Notes under the pieces: model-generated
What the model was told of the DNA's origin: nothing
The model's database searches: none
What the model saw: only the letters and a program-made list of their open reading frames with translations
Shown here: piece after piece, positions 19,259-29,991 of the stretch
How positions within the stretch are numbered: position 1 is the first letter of the stretch
Layout: the number at the start of each line of letters is the position of its first letter
Program-made: the position numbers and the translations under genes
NCBI GenBank assembly: GCA_965203175.1
Contig: OZ241867.1
Location: 5,664,001-5,728,000, forward strand
DNA from: Candidatus Latescibacterota bacterium
Lineage (GTDB): Bacteria > Latescibacterota > UBA2968 > UBA8231
DNA length: 64,000 nucleotides
Direction of reading: 5' to 3'

Positions 19259-20731
19259 TTATTTGTTCCACTGTTCGACGAAGGTAGCGGCCAGCACGCA
19301 CGCTAACCCCGGCCCCAAACGTCCCGCCAAATAGCCGGCAATCTCCGCCTCCGTTTTGCCGTCAAAAAGTTCCTTTAATCTCCGATCCTGTGCGGCAAAT
19401 GCATCGCGGGTAATCTGTTCTGTATCCACCAGCCCATTTAAAATCCCGCGCAATTCGCTCAATACATCTTGCGCATCCGGATCCTGCACCCGATTGTGAA
19501 ACTCACCCGGATCTTCTTTCACATTAAACAGCAAATCATCATACCATGTAAAATGAATGTATTTCCAATCACCCTTTCGAATCAGAAACGATCCCGTGCA
19601 ATTCCCCTCCGAATGTGATTCTGTATACGTCCATCCTGGATGTTCACTCGCCGATCCCTCGATCAAGGGCAACAGGGAATGCCCGCGCAGTTCCGGTGCG
19701 AGAACCCCCGCCAGATCCAGCAGTGTCGCCACCAGATCCACATGCGCCATCGGCGTATCGACAACTGCCCCCTGCGGCAGACCCGGCCCGGCCATCACCA
19801 GCGGTACGTGTGCCGCATTTTCATACAAATTGTTTTTATACCACATGCCGTGTTCGCCCAGCGCCTCACCGTGATCCGAGGTATAAATGAAAATGGTATT
19901 TTGCAATTGTCCGGTCGCCTCCAAGGCATCCCACACCTGACCGATATATTCATCCAGTTCTGCAATCATCCCGTAATATCCCATTCGCGCCCGACGGATG
20001 CGATCTTCAGAAATCGGTGAAGCGACCCGTTTAAAATGCCGCATCGCCTGATACACTAGATGTAATTCTTCCAGATCATTTGCTCGGATATCCGGCAAAT
20101 CCATGTCCACTTCGGCATACATATCCCAGTATTTCTGCAAGGCGACAAATTTCGGATGAGGTTCACTCAATCCCAGGTAAAACAGCCAAGGCGTCTCCAG
20201 ATCAAGCGATTCGCCCCGGATAAAATCCAGGGCTACATCCGTCTTCTTGGCATCCTCGTGCCGCTCATTGCGCGGTGCACCGTCTACTCCCTCGCGCTCA
20301 CCTATGCGATAACACGGTGGTCGGCGAAAAAGGGACGTGATGTCCGGCCGCCTGCAGTGCCCGTTGATCACGTCGATTTCTTTAAACCCGCGCGGAAAAT
20401 CATCGTGCAAATCAAACTTCCCGGTGGCCCGGCAATCGTATCCCACCTCACTCAATCGCGTGCCCCAGGTCGGATGGCTGCCGTCCCACACCGTCGAATT
20501 GCAATAAGACCCCACATCCGACGGATACATGCCGGTCATCAAAGAGGCCCGGCTGGGCGCACACACCGGGCTGCCGCAATACGTATTGGTAAAGACCACC
20601 CCATGCTCTGCAATGCGATCCATATTGGGTGTCTTCACAATGGGATGCCCCGCATAACCCGCGTAGCGAAACGCGTGCTGATCGGAACAGATAAAAACGA
20701 TATTCGGTCGTGCCCCAGACAACGCAGCCAT
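19259..20731 (-). CDS. Sulfatase (choline-sulfatase-like, S1)
   Basis: RPNIVFICSDQH, CAPSRASLMTG, PHP, SDHGE.LGEHGMWYK; ATG at 20731 with GGAAGGAG SD. Confidence 0.9.
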   Translation of the reverse strand: MAALSGARPNIVFICSDQHAFRYAGYAGHPIVKTPNMDRIAEHGVVFTNTYCGSPVCAPSRASLMTGMYPSDVGSYCNSTVWDGSHPTWGTRLSEVGYDCRATGKFDLHDDFPRGFKEIDVINGHCRRPDITSLFRRPPCYRIGEREGVDGAPRNERHEDAKKTDVALDFIRGESLDLETPWLFYLGLSEPHPKFVALQKYWDMYAEVDMDLPDIRANDLEELHLVYQAMRHFKRVASPISEDRIRRARMGYYGMIAELDEYIGQVWDALEATGQLQNTIFIYTSDHGEALGEHGMWYKNNLYENAAHVPLVMAGPGLPQGAVVDTPMAHVDLVATLLDLAGVLAPELRGHSLLPLIEGSASEHPGWTYTESHSEGNCTGSFLIRKGDWKYIHFTWYDDLLFNVKEDPGEFHNRVQDPDAQDVLSELRGILNGLVDTEQITRDAFAAQDRRLKELFDGKTEAEIAGYLAGRLGPGLACVLAATFVEQWNK

Positions 20732-20928
20732 CAAAACACTCCTTCCGTGCACATTAATAAAACGTGATCCGGGTCCCCGGCCTTCCCAAAAACCCGTCCA
20801 CTAGGAGCCAGAAGCCGCCGGCGATGAAGTGACCCAAGGTGAGCCTCTATAAAAACAAAGATTTACCTATGGCTGCGCCGTGACTGGCTTGCGTTTTTTC
20901 CGCGGCTGTCAGATATGGACCGCAGCCT

Positions 20929-23568
20929 TCAATAGGCCACTGCCACCGTGCGCAACACCTTGGTCCTCTCCTCGCTCAATCCCCCGGCGTCAACGGCCAC
21001 TCGGAGCAACGCGCAATAGACGCCCGGCGGAACGCGCGCACCCTGCTCGTCTGTGCCGTCCCAAGCGATCTCGTACTGGCCAGTAGTCGTCGAGTGTTGC
21101 TCGGCGAGCTGGCGCATCAGCCGGCCGCTCAAATCGTAGATGGCGACCTCCAGCGGGCCATCGTCGTCCAGACGCACGACCTTGAAGGCGAAGATCGCGT
21201 GGTCGTTGACGCCATCGCCATTGGGCGTAAACGCCGGCGGGCGCACCTCTACGTCGAGCAACAGTTCCCCACGCGTCGGGTCGCCCACCAGCGTCGTTGT
21301 ATTGCCCGCCACCTCGTCGAGCGCGTTGCCCGGATCCACCCGCTGCCAAGTGCCCTCGCCCCTAGCGCTGTGTTGGAACGAGGCACGCATCACCGCACCC
21401 ATGCCAAAAAGCGCGGTGCGAAAGTCGAGGCGCACGACCTCAACGTCCGTGTTGGGCCTAATCTCGGCAAAGGATAGGCGCAAGCTGTCCGCGCTCGTGG
21501 GGATGACCTCGACGCCCTCCATCTCGCGCTCCTCCCCGGCTGGCCCCGCGTACAGCCCCGCAAAACCGAGCGCCATATCCGCCGGTGCGACCAGCAGCAA
21601 CTGGTCAAAGCCAGGGTCGCGCCGGTTGAATTCCGGTCGCACGTACAGGGAAAAGGGACTCTCCACACCCAGCGAATCGACCCTGAACGGCGCAATCTCG
21701 CCCGTCAACCCTTGGGCCACCGGACTGGTAAAATTGAGGCGAATCGCGCGCAACGCGGCGCTAACGTCTGGGTCCGCTGAAAGCATGGTCGCCCGCACCT
21801 TGAGGAACTCGCGCGGGCTAGGCGAGGTAATCGCGCTGCCCGCTGGGGTCTCGTAAGGCTGGCTCCAGCCGCTCCAGTCGTCCCCTTCCACCTCCTCGGC
21901 GACAATCGGCCCCTTGAAGATGTCCAACAGCGTCGGATTGTTGTATTCCTTCTCGGAAATTTCCGTGCCGTCCTTTTTGAAATAGTGCAGCACCTCGCTC
22001 AGCTCGTTGCCCGTGCGCGTCTGCACCAGCACGCTGGTGCCCGGCGGCGTATCGGCATCCCATTCTATCGACAGCAGGTTCCGCCGCCCGCCCAGCCGCA
22101 CTAAGCCCGATTCAAGCCAGACCTCGGGCTGGAGCCCCTGGCCGTAGAGCTGCACCGAAGCGGGAAATCCCCGGTGGCCACCAACGGCTACGATGATTTG
22201 CTCCCACACTAGGCGGAAAAAGCGCGTCTTGATCAGTTCAAAGTCGTGGCCCTCATACTCCTTGCGCGTACTCGACTGCTGGCGGCTGGCCACGGTCGTC
22301 CACTTGAGGCTACCGTCGGCGTTGAGCGCGCCGTCCGAGGCGTCGAGGCGGTAGGAGGGAAAGCTGAAGCGATCGCGGAGCGCTTGACCGCCGTAGGCAA
22401 TGCGGAAGGTATCGATCCAGTACGTCGAACCTAGGTCAAAGCTTATATGGCCTTCAGGGCCGGGAATGGTTTGGCGGTCGAAGGAGAAGATCAGATCCAC
22501 GTAGGTCTGCACGTTGCCATCGATGGTCCGCCCCACCGGCAGCCCTTGAGAGGCAAACACATCGCCGCCCCGGGCCAAGGCGGCAATCATCGCGTCGTCG
22601 CCCTCGTGCCAAACTTCGAGTTCGGCCAGCCGAGGCCGCTCCCAGCGGTAGTAGGAGATTCCGCCCTGCTGGTCGGCGGGTAGTTGCACATAGTCCGCCT
22701 CATCAACCTCGGTCAGCCGCCCGTCGCGCTGCAACTTGTAATAGACGACTGCGCCTCGCTCGGCCGCCGGCAACGCCTCGTACTCCACCTCGCTGACCTC
22801 AAAACCGCGGTCGAAGTCCGACCCCCGCACCACCACCTGCACCAAACGCACTCCGGTGCCGGCGAATTCTTTCTGCGTCACCGAGATCGCCGAAGTCGGC
22901 GGGGCGTTGATCGGCTGATCCGATAGTTCCCGCTCCTCGGCCTCTGCGCTCTCGCCGAGAGAAATTTCCAGCAGCCGCTCGGTCTTGTTCGGCTTCAACG
23001 TGCGCCACACCACATCGAACTCCGGCTCTTCCGAAGAGATGAACTTCTCCGGCACCTCGCCGTCGGAAATCAGCACGTCGTATTGCAGGAAGGGATCGCC
23101 TAGACCTTCCTCGACGAACTTGAGCACAATGCGCTTGGCGATTACCAGCCGACCCAGATCTACTGTAAACCACCACTGCGCCCCCAACTCGGTAGCATCC
23201 ACGACCGGATCAGGCTCCCAGTAGGTGGTCAAGTCCCCGTCAAGCACATGGAGCACGTCGGGCGCGTTGGAACCCGCTTCTATAGCATCTGCAAGCTCGA
23301 TTTCCTCGGCCGCCTTCTCCCGCGCGAGGTCTTCGGGCGGGTGCAGGCGCAAGAAGTGGACGATGTCCTTGGTGGCGTCCGTATTGCGGCGCAGTTCAAA
23401 CGGCGTCACCGTACCGCTTTGATCAATCGTCAGAGTACCCACCGGAAACTCCCAAGCGCGCCAGTGCGCAGCGCGGTCAATGACGAGCTGATCCGCGGTG
23501 AGCCGGTAACCACCCCCTTGGGCATGGACCGCAGCTACCCACAGCAAAACGACGGCGATGTAGCGCAT
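20929..23568 (-). CDS. Secreted protein 'A3': discoidin-like domains plus C-terminal FTPNGD/FlgD-Ig domain
   Basis: Signal peptide MRYIAVVLLWVAAVHA; LDGD..TYW..VDLG; WSGWS; SPSPR; FTPNGDGVND..IYDLSGR..WDG..PG.Y..VAY; AGGAG SD before ATG 23568. Confidence 0.75.
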   Translation of the reverse strand: MRYIAVVLLWVAAVHAQGGGYRLTADQLVIDRAAHWRAWEFPVGTLTIDQSGTVTPFELRRNTDATKDIVHFLRLHPPEDLAREKAAEEIELADAIEAGSNAPDVLHVLDGDLTTYWEPDPVVDATELGAQWWFTVDLGRLVIAKRIVLKFVEEGLGDPFLQYDVLISDGEVPEKFISSEEPEFDVVWRTLKPNKTERLLEISLGESAEAEERELSDQPINAPPTSAISVTQKEFAGTGVRLVQVVVRGSDFDRGFEVSEVEYEALPAAERGAVVYYKLQRDGRLTEVDEADYVQLPADQQGGISYYRWERPRLAELEVWHEGDDAMIAALARGGDVFASQGLPVGRTIDGNVQTYVDLIFSFDRQTIPGPEGHISFDLGSTYWIDTFRIAYGGQALRDRFSFPSYRLDASDGALNADGSLKWTTVASRQQSSTRKEYEGHDFELIKTRFFRLVWEQIIVAVGGHRGFPASVQLYGQGLQPEVWLESGLVRLGGRRNLLSIEWDADTPPGTSVLVQTRTGNELSEVLHYFKKDGTEISEKEYNNPTLLDIFKGPIVAEEVEGDDWSGWSQPYETPAGSAITSPSPREFLKVRATMLSADPDVSAALRAIRLNFTSPVAQGLTGEIAPFRVDSLGVESPFSLYVRPEFNRRDPGFDQLLLVAPADMALGFAGLYAGPAGEEREMEGVEVIPTSADSLRLSFAEIRPNTDVEVVRLDFRTALFGMGAVMRASFQHSARGEGTWQRVDPGNALDEVAGNTTTLVGDPTRGELLLDVEVRPPAFTPNGDGVNDHAIFAFKVVRLDDDGPLEVAIYDLSGRLMRQLAEQHSTTTGQYEIAWDGTDEQGARVPPGVYCALLRVAVDAGGLSEERTKVLRTVAVAY

Positions 23569-23581
23569 AAGTCTTCTCCTC

Positions 23582-25498
23582 TTAGTACGCCAGCGAGACG
23601 ATGCGCGAGCGGGCCTTGGTGCCACCGTCGGTTTCCACTTCGAGACGCAGGACATACAGCCCAGGATTGAGTAAAGCACCCGTTCCGTCCCGACCATCCC
23701 ACTCTGCGGCAAACTGGCCGCTCTGCGCCGGACCGCGAAAAACCTCGCCGACCCGCGTCCCCCGCAAATCGTAGAGCACCACCGCTACCTCGGCATTTCC
23801 CGTCACATTCAATAGTTCGTATTCAATCCGCACTGCGTCGTTGATCTGGTCTCCGTTGGGCGTGAACGCCGCTGGCAAGAGTCTGAGCGCACCGACCACC
23901 TGCCCGGCGATATGGGTCAGCCCCACGCTCAGCGTATTGCCCTCGACCAACTCAACCACTTCGCCCGGCGTCACCACTTGGCGCACCTCCTGCGGTCGAG
24001 TGCTATCGTACACGCGGCCCGAGAACAAGGTCCCAAACTTGAACACCTCGCAGCGAAAAACCACCTCTATCAGCTCCCCATCGCGCGCTTGGTCTATCCG
24101 CGGAACGCCGACCTCAAAGCCGCGCTCATCGAGCCGCCGCACCTCAAAGGCAACCTCTTCGCCGCTGTAGCGCACTGCGTCAATGCCCTCCGCCTGAGTC
24201 GGTGTGTCAATCTCAATGGTGTCGAAACCCAAGTCCTCCGCTTCTAGTCGCGGCAGCAGCATGTAGGTAAACTCCGTCGCCACACCCGTGGTCGCCAAGA
24301 CGGGCGCAATCTCGGCCAGAACCAAGGAGGCCATCGGCGGCCTAGACACGGCAAACTGCACGAAGTTCAGCCGTCCCCCTGCCTCTACTGTGGAATGGAA
24401 GTTGGCCCTGATCTGCACGAACTGACGAGGTTGCGTCCCCTGCATCGGAGCACCGCCCAACGCCAGGTCATAGGCCGCACTCCAGCCCTCCCAGTTTTCA
24501 GTGTCGGGCGTGATACCGGCCTGCTGGGCTCTCTCCAGCCGATTGTACGACCGCAGCGTCAAAGGCCGCCCCCGGGTATTCAGCCGAGTCCGCTCATCGC
24601 CGCGGAACGTGTGGCGCCAATAGGTATTCGGATCGCTGTCGTCGCCAGCGCGCATACTTAGCTCGATTTGCGCACCGGGATCGACCTGGCTGCCCCAACT
24701 TAGTTCGCCCAGCGCCGCGCGCCCACCTAAATCGAGGACATTGGACACGTAGCGCGCCGTCGGTGTAAAGCCCTTGCCGTATATCTCAAACTCGGCGATT
24801 TCCCAGATGCCTTGAGTGTTTTCGTGCGCTTCAAAGAGCATGCGGCGAATCGGCACCGGAGGCAGTTCCAATTCGACCACCGAAGTCGTGTTCTCGCTAG
24901 CCCGATGCACGATGTCGAAGTCAAATAAGGAACCGCGCGTACCCGCAGTATACTCGCGCGTGCCTTCCTTGAGCGGATCGCCGTCGCTGGTGCCGATGAT
25001 AAAGCGCTGTAGAAAGCGCTCTTCCTCAAAGCGCTCGCGTGGATAGAACTTGACGCGCTCGACCGTGAAGTTGCCCCCGAACTCGAAAATCAGGCTCTTG
25101 TTCCGCACACCAATGCCCGAGGTCGTCCAATGTCCGTCGCCCAAGAAGACGGTCTCGACGTCTTCGTCCCACAACACGGCCTCGGTATCGCCGCTTCGCT
25201 CCCAACCTCGCCAGACCAGCGTCTGCACTCGCCCTCCGCGTTCTTTGAGGCGCGGCGTCAGGTTTACCGACGGATCCAGTTGCTCCGGCTCAACAAAGTC
25301 CGCATCGATCTTCAGCAATTCGATTTGGCCGTGCTGCGCCGATTCCACTCCCTCCCAATCGAGCTGCACAAACTCCACTCCCTCGGCCAACTCCGGCACC
25401 GGCAGCGACGAACCGCCAATCCGATAAATCGTCAGCGCGTCTGCCCCGCTAGTCAGCCAAGCGAGCATCAGCACAAGTCGGATACAGGTCTTTAGCAT
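23582..25498 (-). CDS. Secreted protein 'A2', paralog with C-terminal FTPNGD/FlgD-Ig domain
   Basis: Signal peptide; EIAEFEIYGKGF.P...Y.S..LDLG; WEGWS; FTPNGDQIND..LYDLRG..WDGRD..PGLY..LAY. Confidence 0.75.
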   Translation of the reverse strand: MLKTCIRLVLMLAWLTSGADALTIYRIGGSSLPVPELAEGVEFVQLDWEGVESAQHGQIELLKIDADFVEPEQLDPSVNLTPRLKERGGRVQTLVWRGWERSGDTEAVLWDEDVETVFLGDGHWTTSGIGVRNKSLIFEFGGNFTVERVKFYPRERFEEERFLQRFIIGTSDGDPLKEGTREYTAGTRGSLFDFDIVHRASENTTSVVELELPPVPIRRMLFEAHENTQGIWEIAEFEIYGKGFTPTARYVSNVLDLGGRAALGELSWGSQVDPGAQIELSMRAGDDSDPNTYWRHTFRGDERTRLNTRGRPLTLRSYNRLERAQQAGITPDTENWEGWSAAYDLALGGAPMQGTQPRQFVQIRANFHSTVEAGGRLNFVQFAVSRPPMASLVLAEIAPVLATTGVATEFTYMLLPRLEAEDLGFDTIEIDTPTQAEGIDAVRYSGEEVAFEVRRLDERGFEVGVPRIDQARDGELIEVVFRCEVFKFGTLFSGRVYDSTRPQEVRQVVTPGEVVELVEGNTLSVGLTHIAGQVVGALRLLPAAFTPNGDQINDAVRIEYELLNVTGNAEVAVVLYDLRGTRVGEVFRGPAQSGQFAAEWDGRDGTGALLNPGLYVLRLEVETDGGTKARSRIVSLAY

Positions 25499-25511
25499 AC
25501 TGTTGCCTACC

Positions 25512-28391
25512 TCACAGACTCGCGAATATCGACAGAAACGCCAATCCCGCGACCCGCGTCTCGCGCTCTCGCCCGGTCACTTCCAAAGAACGCCTATCAA
25601 AGCGCAACCCGAGCTGGGTCGTCAATCCGTAGCCTAGATACTCTCGCTGATTGCTCAATTGCGCCGCCCACACCGTGCCGCGGAAATCTCCCGTCAGCAC
25701 GTTTTCCACCAGGACCTTTTCGTCCTGCAGCAATTCAAAAAACAGCCGCTGCTCAAACCCCAGTTCAAGCTCTGAATCCCGCATCACGGGAAAGCGGACC
25801 AACAGCGACCCAATCCCATCCCAAGAACGGCGGCGACGCTCGGCCAAGGAAAAGGGAGATTGGCTAAGGAATTCGCTTTTGAAGCGGGGCAAAATCGCCA
25901 CTGCGCCCCACGCAAAAACGCCGTCGATCTTGTCGATCAACCCCACAAAACCAGAGGTCTCGCGGCCATTGCGCCCCAACGGCCCCAGCGCACCAAGTTG
26001 CGCGTCGCGCTGGTGCCACCAGTCCCATTTGAAGCGATGCTTAGTCTTCCAGCGCCGCGGACTGGCGTACTGCCACTCAGCGTAGAACGTATTGATCCAA
26101 GTGTCCTCGGCCGCCAGCAAATCAGGCACGGCAATGTGCTGCCCGCTCGTCTGCCCAGCCGCCCCGAATTCGAGCGTCGGCACGACCCACTGCGACAGCG
26201 GATCGGGGATGGTGTCTGCGGCTTTCTTCAGCATGTCAAAGACCCGCACTCGACCGCGGTTAGGCCAATCCCGTTCAAAAGTAAAGAGACCGTAGGCAGT
26301 GTGATTTTTGCGGTCAACCTGGCGCATGTCCTGACGCAGGTAGCCGGCAGAGAGACGGATTTCCGGGTTGACCTCCACGCTGGCGTAGGCGTTGTAGCCC
26401 CAGTGGTCCTTCTTGTAGGGATAGTCGGGCAAATCGTCGTTTTCAAAGCGCTCGGCCCAGCCGTTGTTGTTGAGGTCAATGCCAAAGAGGAACTCCGGCC
26501 GGTCCGAGTGGTGGCGCAGAAAAGGCTCTTCATAGTCGGGGAAGAAATTCTCCCGGTCGCCGTTGCTGTTCTGATTGAAGTCGGAGATGAAGTCGCCGTT
26601 CTCGTCGTACCCTGGGAAAACCGCTGGGTCGGGCACGCCGTCCGAGCGCACCTGGAAGCCGCTCAGCGCAGTCGATTGCGGCGGCACCAGTCCGCCCTGG
26701 AAAAACCGCTTCTGGTCGGGGTGGCGATCCTGATCGTCGTTGTCCTCGACGAAATCGTAGAGCTTGTCGGTGGCTTCGGGCGAGTAGTCAACCAAGCCGC
26801 GGCTGTCTACCGGCTTGAAGCTAGTGGCATAGGCGTCGTCCATGCCAAAGCCTTCGAGCGAGAAGCGCCAAGGATCTGCGTGCCGCACGAGATTGAACAG
26901 CCAGCCAACCGCGTGCTCGTCGCCTTGGATCCCCGAAAACGAGCGATGCGATTCGCGCGTCGTCGAAGGGAATTGGCGGTACTGGGTACTGACGTTGAAT
27001 TCCCCATACAAGTCGAAGCCCCACCAGTCGCGCACTTCAGTAGTAATACCGGCGATCTGCGAGGCGGTCGGCAAGCCGTAATCAAAGACGACTTCGCGCG
27101 GATTGAGCTGATTCTTGACATTGCCAGCGGCCCGCGTCACCACCAAAAACTCCGGGATGCCGATGCGGCTGTTCTGCCGGTCGGAGGCCACTTCGATCCG
27201 ATAGTCATTGGCCAGCACGAAGCGGAAGCGCACGTTTTTGACGCGGGTGATGGCGTCGTCGGCCTCGTCCAACCCCAGATCCAACCGGCGCTGCAAGGCC
27301 AAGCGCAAGGTGCCCTCCTCGCTTTCGCCCTCTTCGGCAGCCAACGCGTACTGCAGCACAATGCTCTCCGCCCCATCGGCTCGCAAGAACCCACCGCGCT
27401 CCTCCCCGCCCTCTATCACCGGCGCAAAGCCAACGCTGCTGCCCGTGAAGGTGGTGTCTTTAAAAACCATCCGCACGCCGCCTTCAACCGGCACCTCGCG
27501 CTTAAGCGCCGTAGTGATCTCCACCTCCGTACCGAACAACACCGGCCCGCCCTCGCCGTCTGCGGGCGAATCATCGGACAGCCGCACGATCAGCTTGTTG
27601 AGTCGTCGGCCTAGCTGCCCAGTCGTCAGCACGCCTTTGAGTGGATTGCCCTCAAAACTCTCGCGATTGCCGGCACCATTGTGAGCATTGACCAAGGTCA
27701 GACCCAAAGTCGCGTTGGCCCCCAGATCGGCCTCCAGACGCCCGGCGATCAAACTAGTAAAGTTATCCTGCGAGGCCGTCGGAATATCCGGGTCAATCTC
27801 GACGATAGGCAGGCTTGGGCGCGAGAACAAACCAGTAAAGCGCAAATGCCGCGCCGCAAAGCTCGTCACGACCCCATTAAAGCCAACCTTGCGGAAGGTC
27901 ATCGGCGTCAGGGTAGCGAAAATCTCGTCGCCGATCATCAGCGAGTAGTTGTAGTCGCCGCTCGCATCCGAGGAGATAATCAGCCGGTTGAACCAAGTGG
28001 CGTAGCGCCGCTCTTTGGTCAACTGGCTGCTCTCGACCGTGCGCGCCTGCGTCTGTCGCCAGTCGTACACCAGCCAGCCGCGCGAGATCAGCTTGCCATA
28101 GGTATCGTAGAAATACGTGCCCTCTTGGTTGCGGTCGATGTAACGCCGGTACGGCTCCGTGGCGTAGTTCGTGTAGCGCCACTGGCGGCGGCCGTACTCG
28201 TCGAACAACTCCTGCGGCATGTACCAGCGCATGACCGTGGGATCCAACGCCCCCATCAGCACGCTTGGCCCTTGGGCATTAAAGCGGACTTCGCCCCTTT
28301 CCTGCCGCCCCAAGCGGTAGCCGTAATCCGTCTGCGCTCCGGCCTGCAAGGCCAGTGCCAAGACCAACGCTATGTTAGTTGTCCAACGCAC
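25512..28391 (-). CDS. Large exported protein 'B2', probable outer-membrane beta-barrel with Asp-rich Ca-binding-like region
   Basis: Signal peptide; amphipathic strands; EDNDDQDR, DENGDFISDFNQN, GIDLNNN..FENDDLPDYPYK; ends AFLSIFASL. Confidence 0.6.
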   Translation of the reverse strand: MRWTTNIALVLALALQAGAQTDYGYRLGRQERGEVRFNAQGPSVLMGALDPTVMRWYMPQELFDEYGRRQWRYTNYATEPYRRYIDRNQEGTYFYDTYGKLISRGWLVYDWRQTQARTVESSQLTKERRYATWFNRLIISSDASGDYNYSLMIGDEIFATLTPMTFRKVGFNGVVTSFAARHLRFTGLFSRPSLPIVEIDPDIPTASQDNFTSLIAGRLEADLGANATLGLTLVNAHNGAGNRESFEGNPLKGVLTTGQLGRRLNKLIVRLSDDSPADGEGGPVLFGTEVEITTALKREVPVEGGVRMVFKDTTFTGSSVGFAPVIEGGEERGGFLRADGAESIVLQYALAAEEGESEEGTLRLALQRRLDLGLDEADDAITRVKNVRFRFVLANDYRIEVASDRQNSRIGIPEFLVVTRAAGNVKNQLNPREVVFDYGLPTASQIAGITTEVRDWWGFDLYGEFNVSTQYRQFPSTTRESHRSFSGIQGDEHAVGWLFNLVRHADPWRFSLEGFGMDDAYATSFKPVDSRGLVDYSPEATDKLYDFVEDNDDQDRHPDQKRFFQGGLVPPQSTALSGFQVRSDGVPDPAVFPGYDENGDFISDFNQNSNGDRENFFPDYEEPFLRHHSDRPEFLFGIDLNNNGWAERFENDDLPDYPYKKDHWGYNAYASVEVNPEIRLSAGYLRQDMRQVDRKNHTAYGLFTFERDWPNRGRVRVFDMLKKAADTIPDPLSQWVVPTLEFGAAGQTSGQHIAVPDLLAAEDTWINTFYAEWQYASPRRWKTKHRFKWDWWHQRDAQLGALGPLGRNGRETSGFVGLIDKIDGVFAWGAVAILPRFKSEFLSQSPFSLAERRRRSWDGIGSLLVRFPVMRDSELELGFEQRLFFELLQDEKVLVENVLTGDFRGTVWAAQLSNQREYLGYGLTTQLGLRFDRRSLEVTGRERETRVAGLAFLSIFASL

Positions 28392-28394
28392 TGT

Positions 28395-29987
28395 TCACAG
28401 CTTTTCCAAACTGCCCTCGACAATTTCCACCGGATACTTATTCCGCAAATTGCGCACGAACCGCACGTAATCTCTTTTCGATTTGTCGATCCGCACGTAG
28501 GCCCGAGCGCGGCGCTGCGATTCGGCGTTGTACGGGATCTGCTCGCGCGTGCGCTCCAGGACCTTGAAGACCGAATAGCCCCGCTCGGTCTTCAACGGCC
28601 CACCCACCTCGCCGACGGCGACTTCCTGCACAGCAGCAGACAGTATGGGAAATAATCCTTGGGTATAGGCATTGAGCTGCATCTGGCCGCCGTGGTGCAA
28701 GCTGCCCTCGCGCCGGGTATGGCGCTGAGCCAACGCTGCGGCATCGCCCCCCGCGCGCAACTCGTCTCCCAAGCGCTGGGCCAGCGAATCCGACGCCACC
28801 AAAATCTCGACGATGGTCGTACTCTCGGGCCGAGCGAATTTTTCGGGATGCGCGTCGTAGAAGTCGCGCGCTTCTTCTTTGGTTACACTCACGTACTGGT
28901 CAACCTCCCGCCGACGCAATGCACTAAGCATCAACTCCTCGCTCTTAAACGCCACGGTCTCCTTGAAACGCTCGTCCTCTGCTAGACCAGCCGCGTCGAT
29001 CTCAGCACTTACGAACAGGTCGGGCAGCACTCGGCGGTGCAAAACCTCGGCCACATGCGCACTGTCAGCCGCCTGTAAACTCCTGCCGGTGAGCAGCTCG
29101 TACGCCGCCAAAAAACCACTGACAGTGAGTTCGCCGCCCCGATACGCGCAGAGCACTTCGGTTTGGTCCGCCATGACCCCATTCTCGACGAGCCGCTGGA
29201 TCGCCGCCGGGCGCGGCACCGGTGCGTACGCTTGCAGGAGCGAATCGCTAAGTGCCTGCATCCGCTCCTGGCGCTTTTGCACCGTCAGCTCTTCGACGAT
29301 AATCCGCTCCGACGCGCTCAGCGGCGCTGGAATCTCGTCGAGCACTTTGTAGATTACGTAAAAGTCCTCGTGGCCGAACACTTCGCGCACCGGCGCGGAA
29401 ACGTCCCCTATCGCCAGATCGAGCACCTGCTCGACCGTCTCCTCCGACATCTGATCCCGCGTCTGGTAGATGCCGGTGTCGCCCCCGCGCGCGGCGGTCT
29501 TCTCGTGAACCGAGTGCGCACTGGCCAACTCGTGAAAATCGTCCCCCGCAGCGAGCTGATCGGTGATTGCCCCTACTTCCTCCAAACTCTCGACCATAAT
29601 GCCGCCCAAGCGCAGAGCGCGGTGCCGACCGCTCTCTCGGTAGTACCGCTCTATTTCCTCGGGAGTAAGTTCGATCTTAGCGACGACCTCGCGCTCCATG
29701 TACAGCGCCATCAGCCGAGCGCGTTTGAAGCGGGCCAGTTCGCCTTTGAACCAACTGTCTTCAGCCATATTGGCGGCGTCCGCTTCGCGCAGGAGCAGCT
29801 TTTTGTCGATCAGGCTTTCGAGCACTTGGCGCTGTCCTCCTTCTTTCATCCCAGCGGGAATCCGCGCGTCAAACTCCCTAAACTCCGACGCAGTAATCGG
29901 CTCGCCATCCACTCGAGCCAGCACCAGCTCTTCAGGCTCTTGGGCGCAACCCAGAGCTGCAATCGCTAGCAAGCAAAAGCGCAACAC
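28395..29987 (-). CDS. Parvulin-type peptidyl-prolyl isomerase lipoprotein (PrsA/SurA/PpiD-like, two rotamase domains)
   Basis: GTG at 29987, lipobox ALGC; LARVDGEPIT; F.ELA..HS....A.RGGD.G; second domain ILV...A.LAQRH...GG...VGEVGGP.KT..GYSVFKV. Confidence 0.85.
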   Translation of the reverse strand: MLRFCLLAIAALGCAQEPEELVLARVDGEPITASEFREFDARIPAGMKEGGQRQVLESLIDKKLLLREADAANMAEDSWFKGELARFKRARLMALYMEREVVAKIELTPEEIERYYRESGRHRALRLGGIMVESLEEVGAITDQLAAGDDFHELASAHSVHEKTAARGGDTGIYQTRDQMSEETVEQVLDLAIGDVSAPVREVFGHEDFYVIYKVLDEIPAPLSASERIIVEELTVQKRQERMQALSDSLLQAYAPVPRPAAIQRLVENGVMADQTEVLCAYRGGELTVSGFLAAYELLTGRSLQAADSAHVAEVLHRRVLPDLFVSAEIDAAGLAEDERFKETVAFKSEELMLSALRRREVDQYVSVTKEEARDFYDAHPEKFARPESTTIVEILVASDSLAQRLGDELRAGGDAAALAQRHTRREGSLHHGGQMQLNAYTQGLFPILSAAVQEVAVGEVGGPLKTERGYSVFKVLERTREQIPYNAESQRRARAYVRIDKSKRDYVRFVRNLRNKYPVEIVEGSLEKL

Positions 29988-29991
29988 AGCC

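Noticed and set aside
20760-20928. Intergenic hairpins as a possible ncRNA or riboswitch
   Set aside because: Only short imperfect stems; no recognisable conserved RNA motif
23569-23712. Extended N-termini in the ORF track (starts at 23712, 30086, 33015, 51714, 52607, 58842, 61035, 10345, 16497)
   Set aside because: They overlap upstream genes or remnants; downstream starts give signal peptides, SD sites or ATGA coupling
25860-28655. Long plus-strand ORFs (584 aa, 324 aa), and similar ones at 30535-31485, 32627-33814, 49282-50337, 54140-55327 and 57535-58707
   Set aside because: Antisense or alternate-frame shadows of well-supported genes in GC-rich DNA; no recognisable motifs
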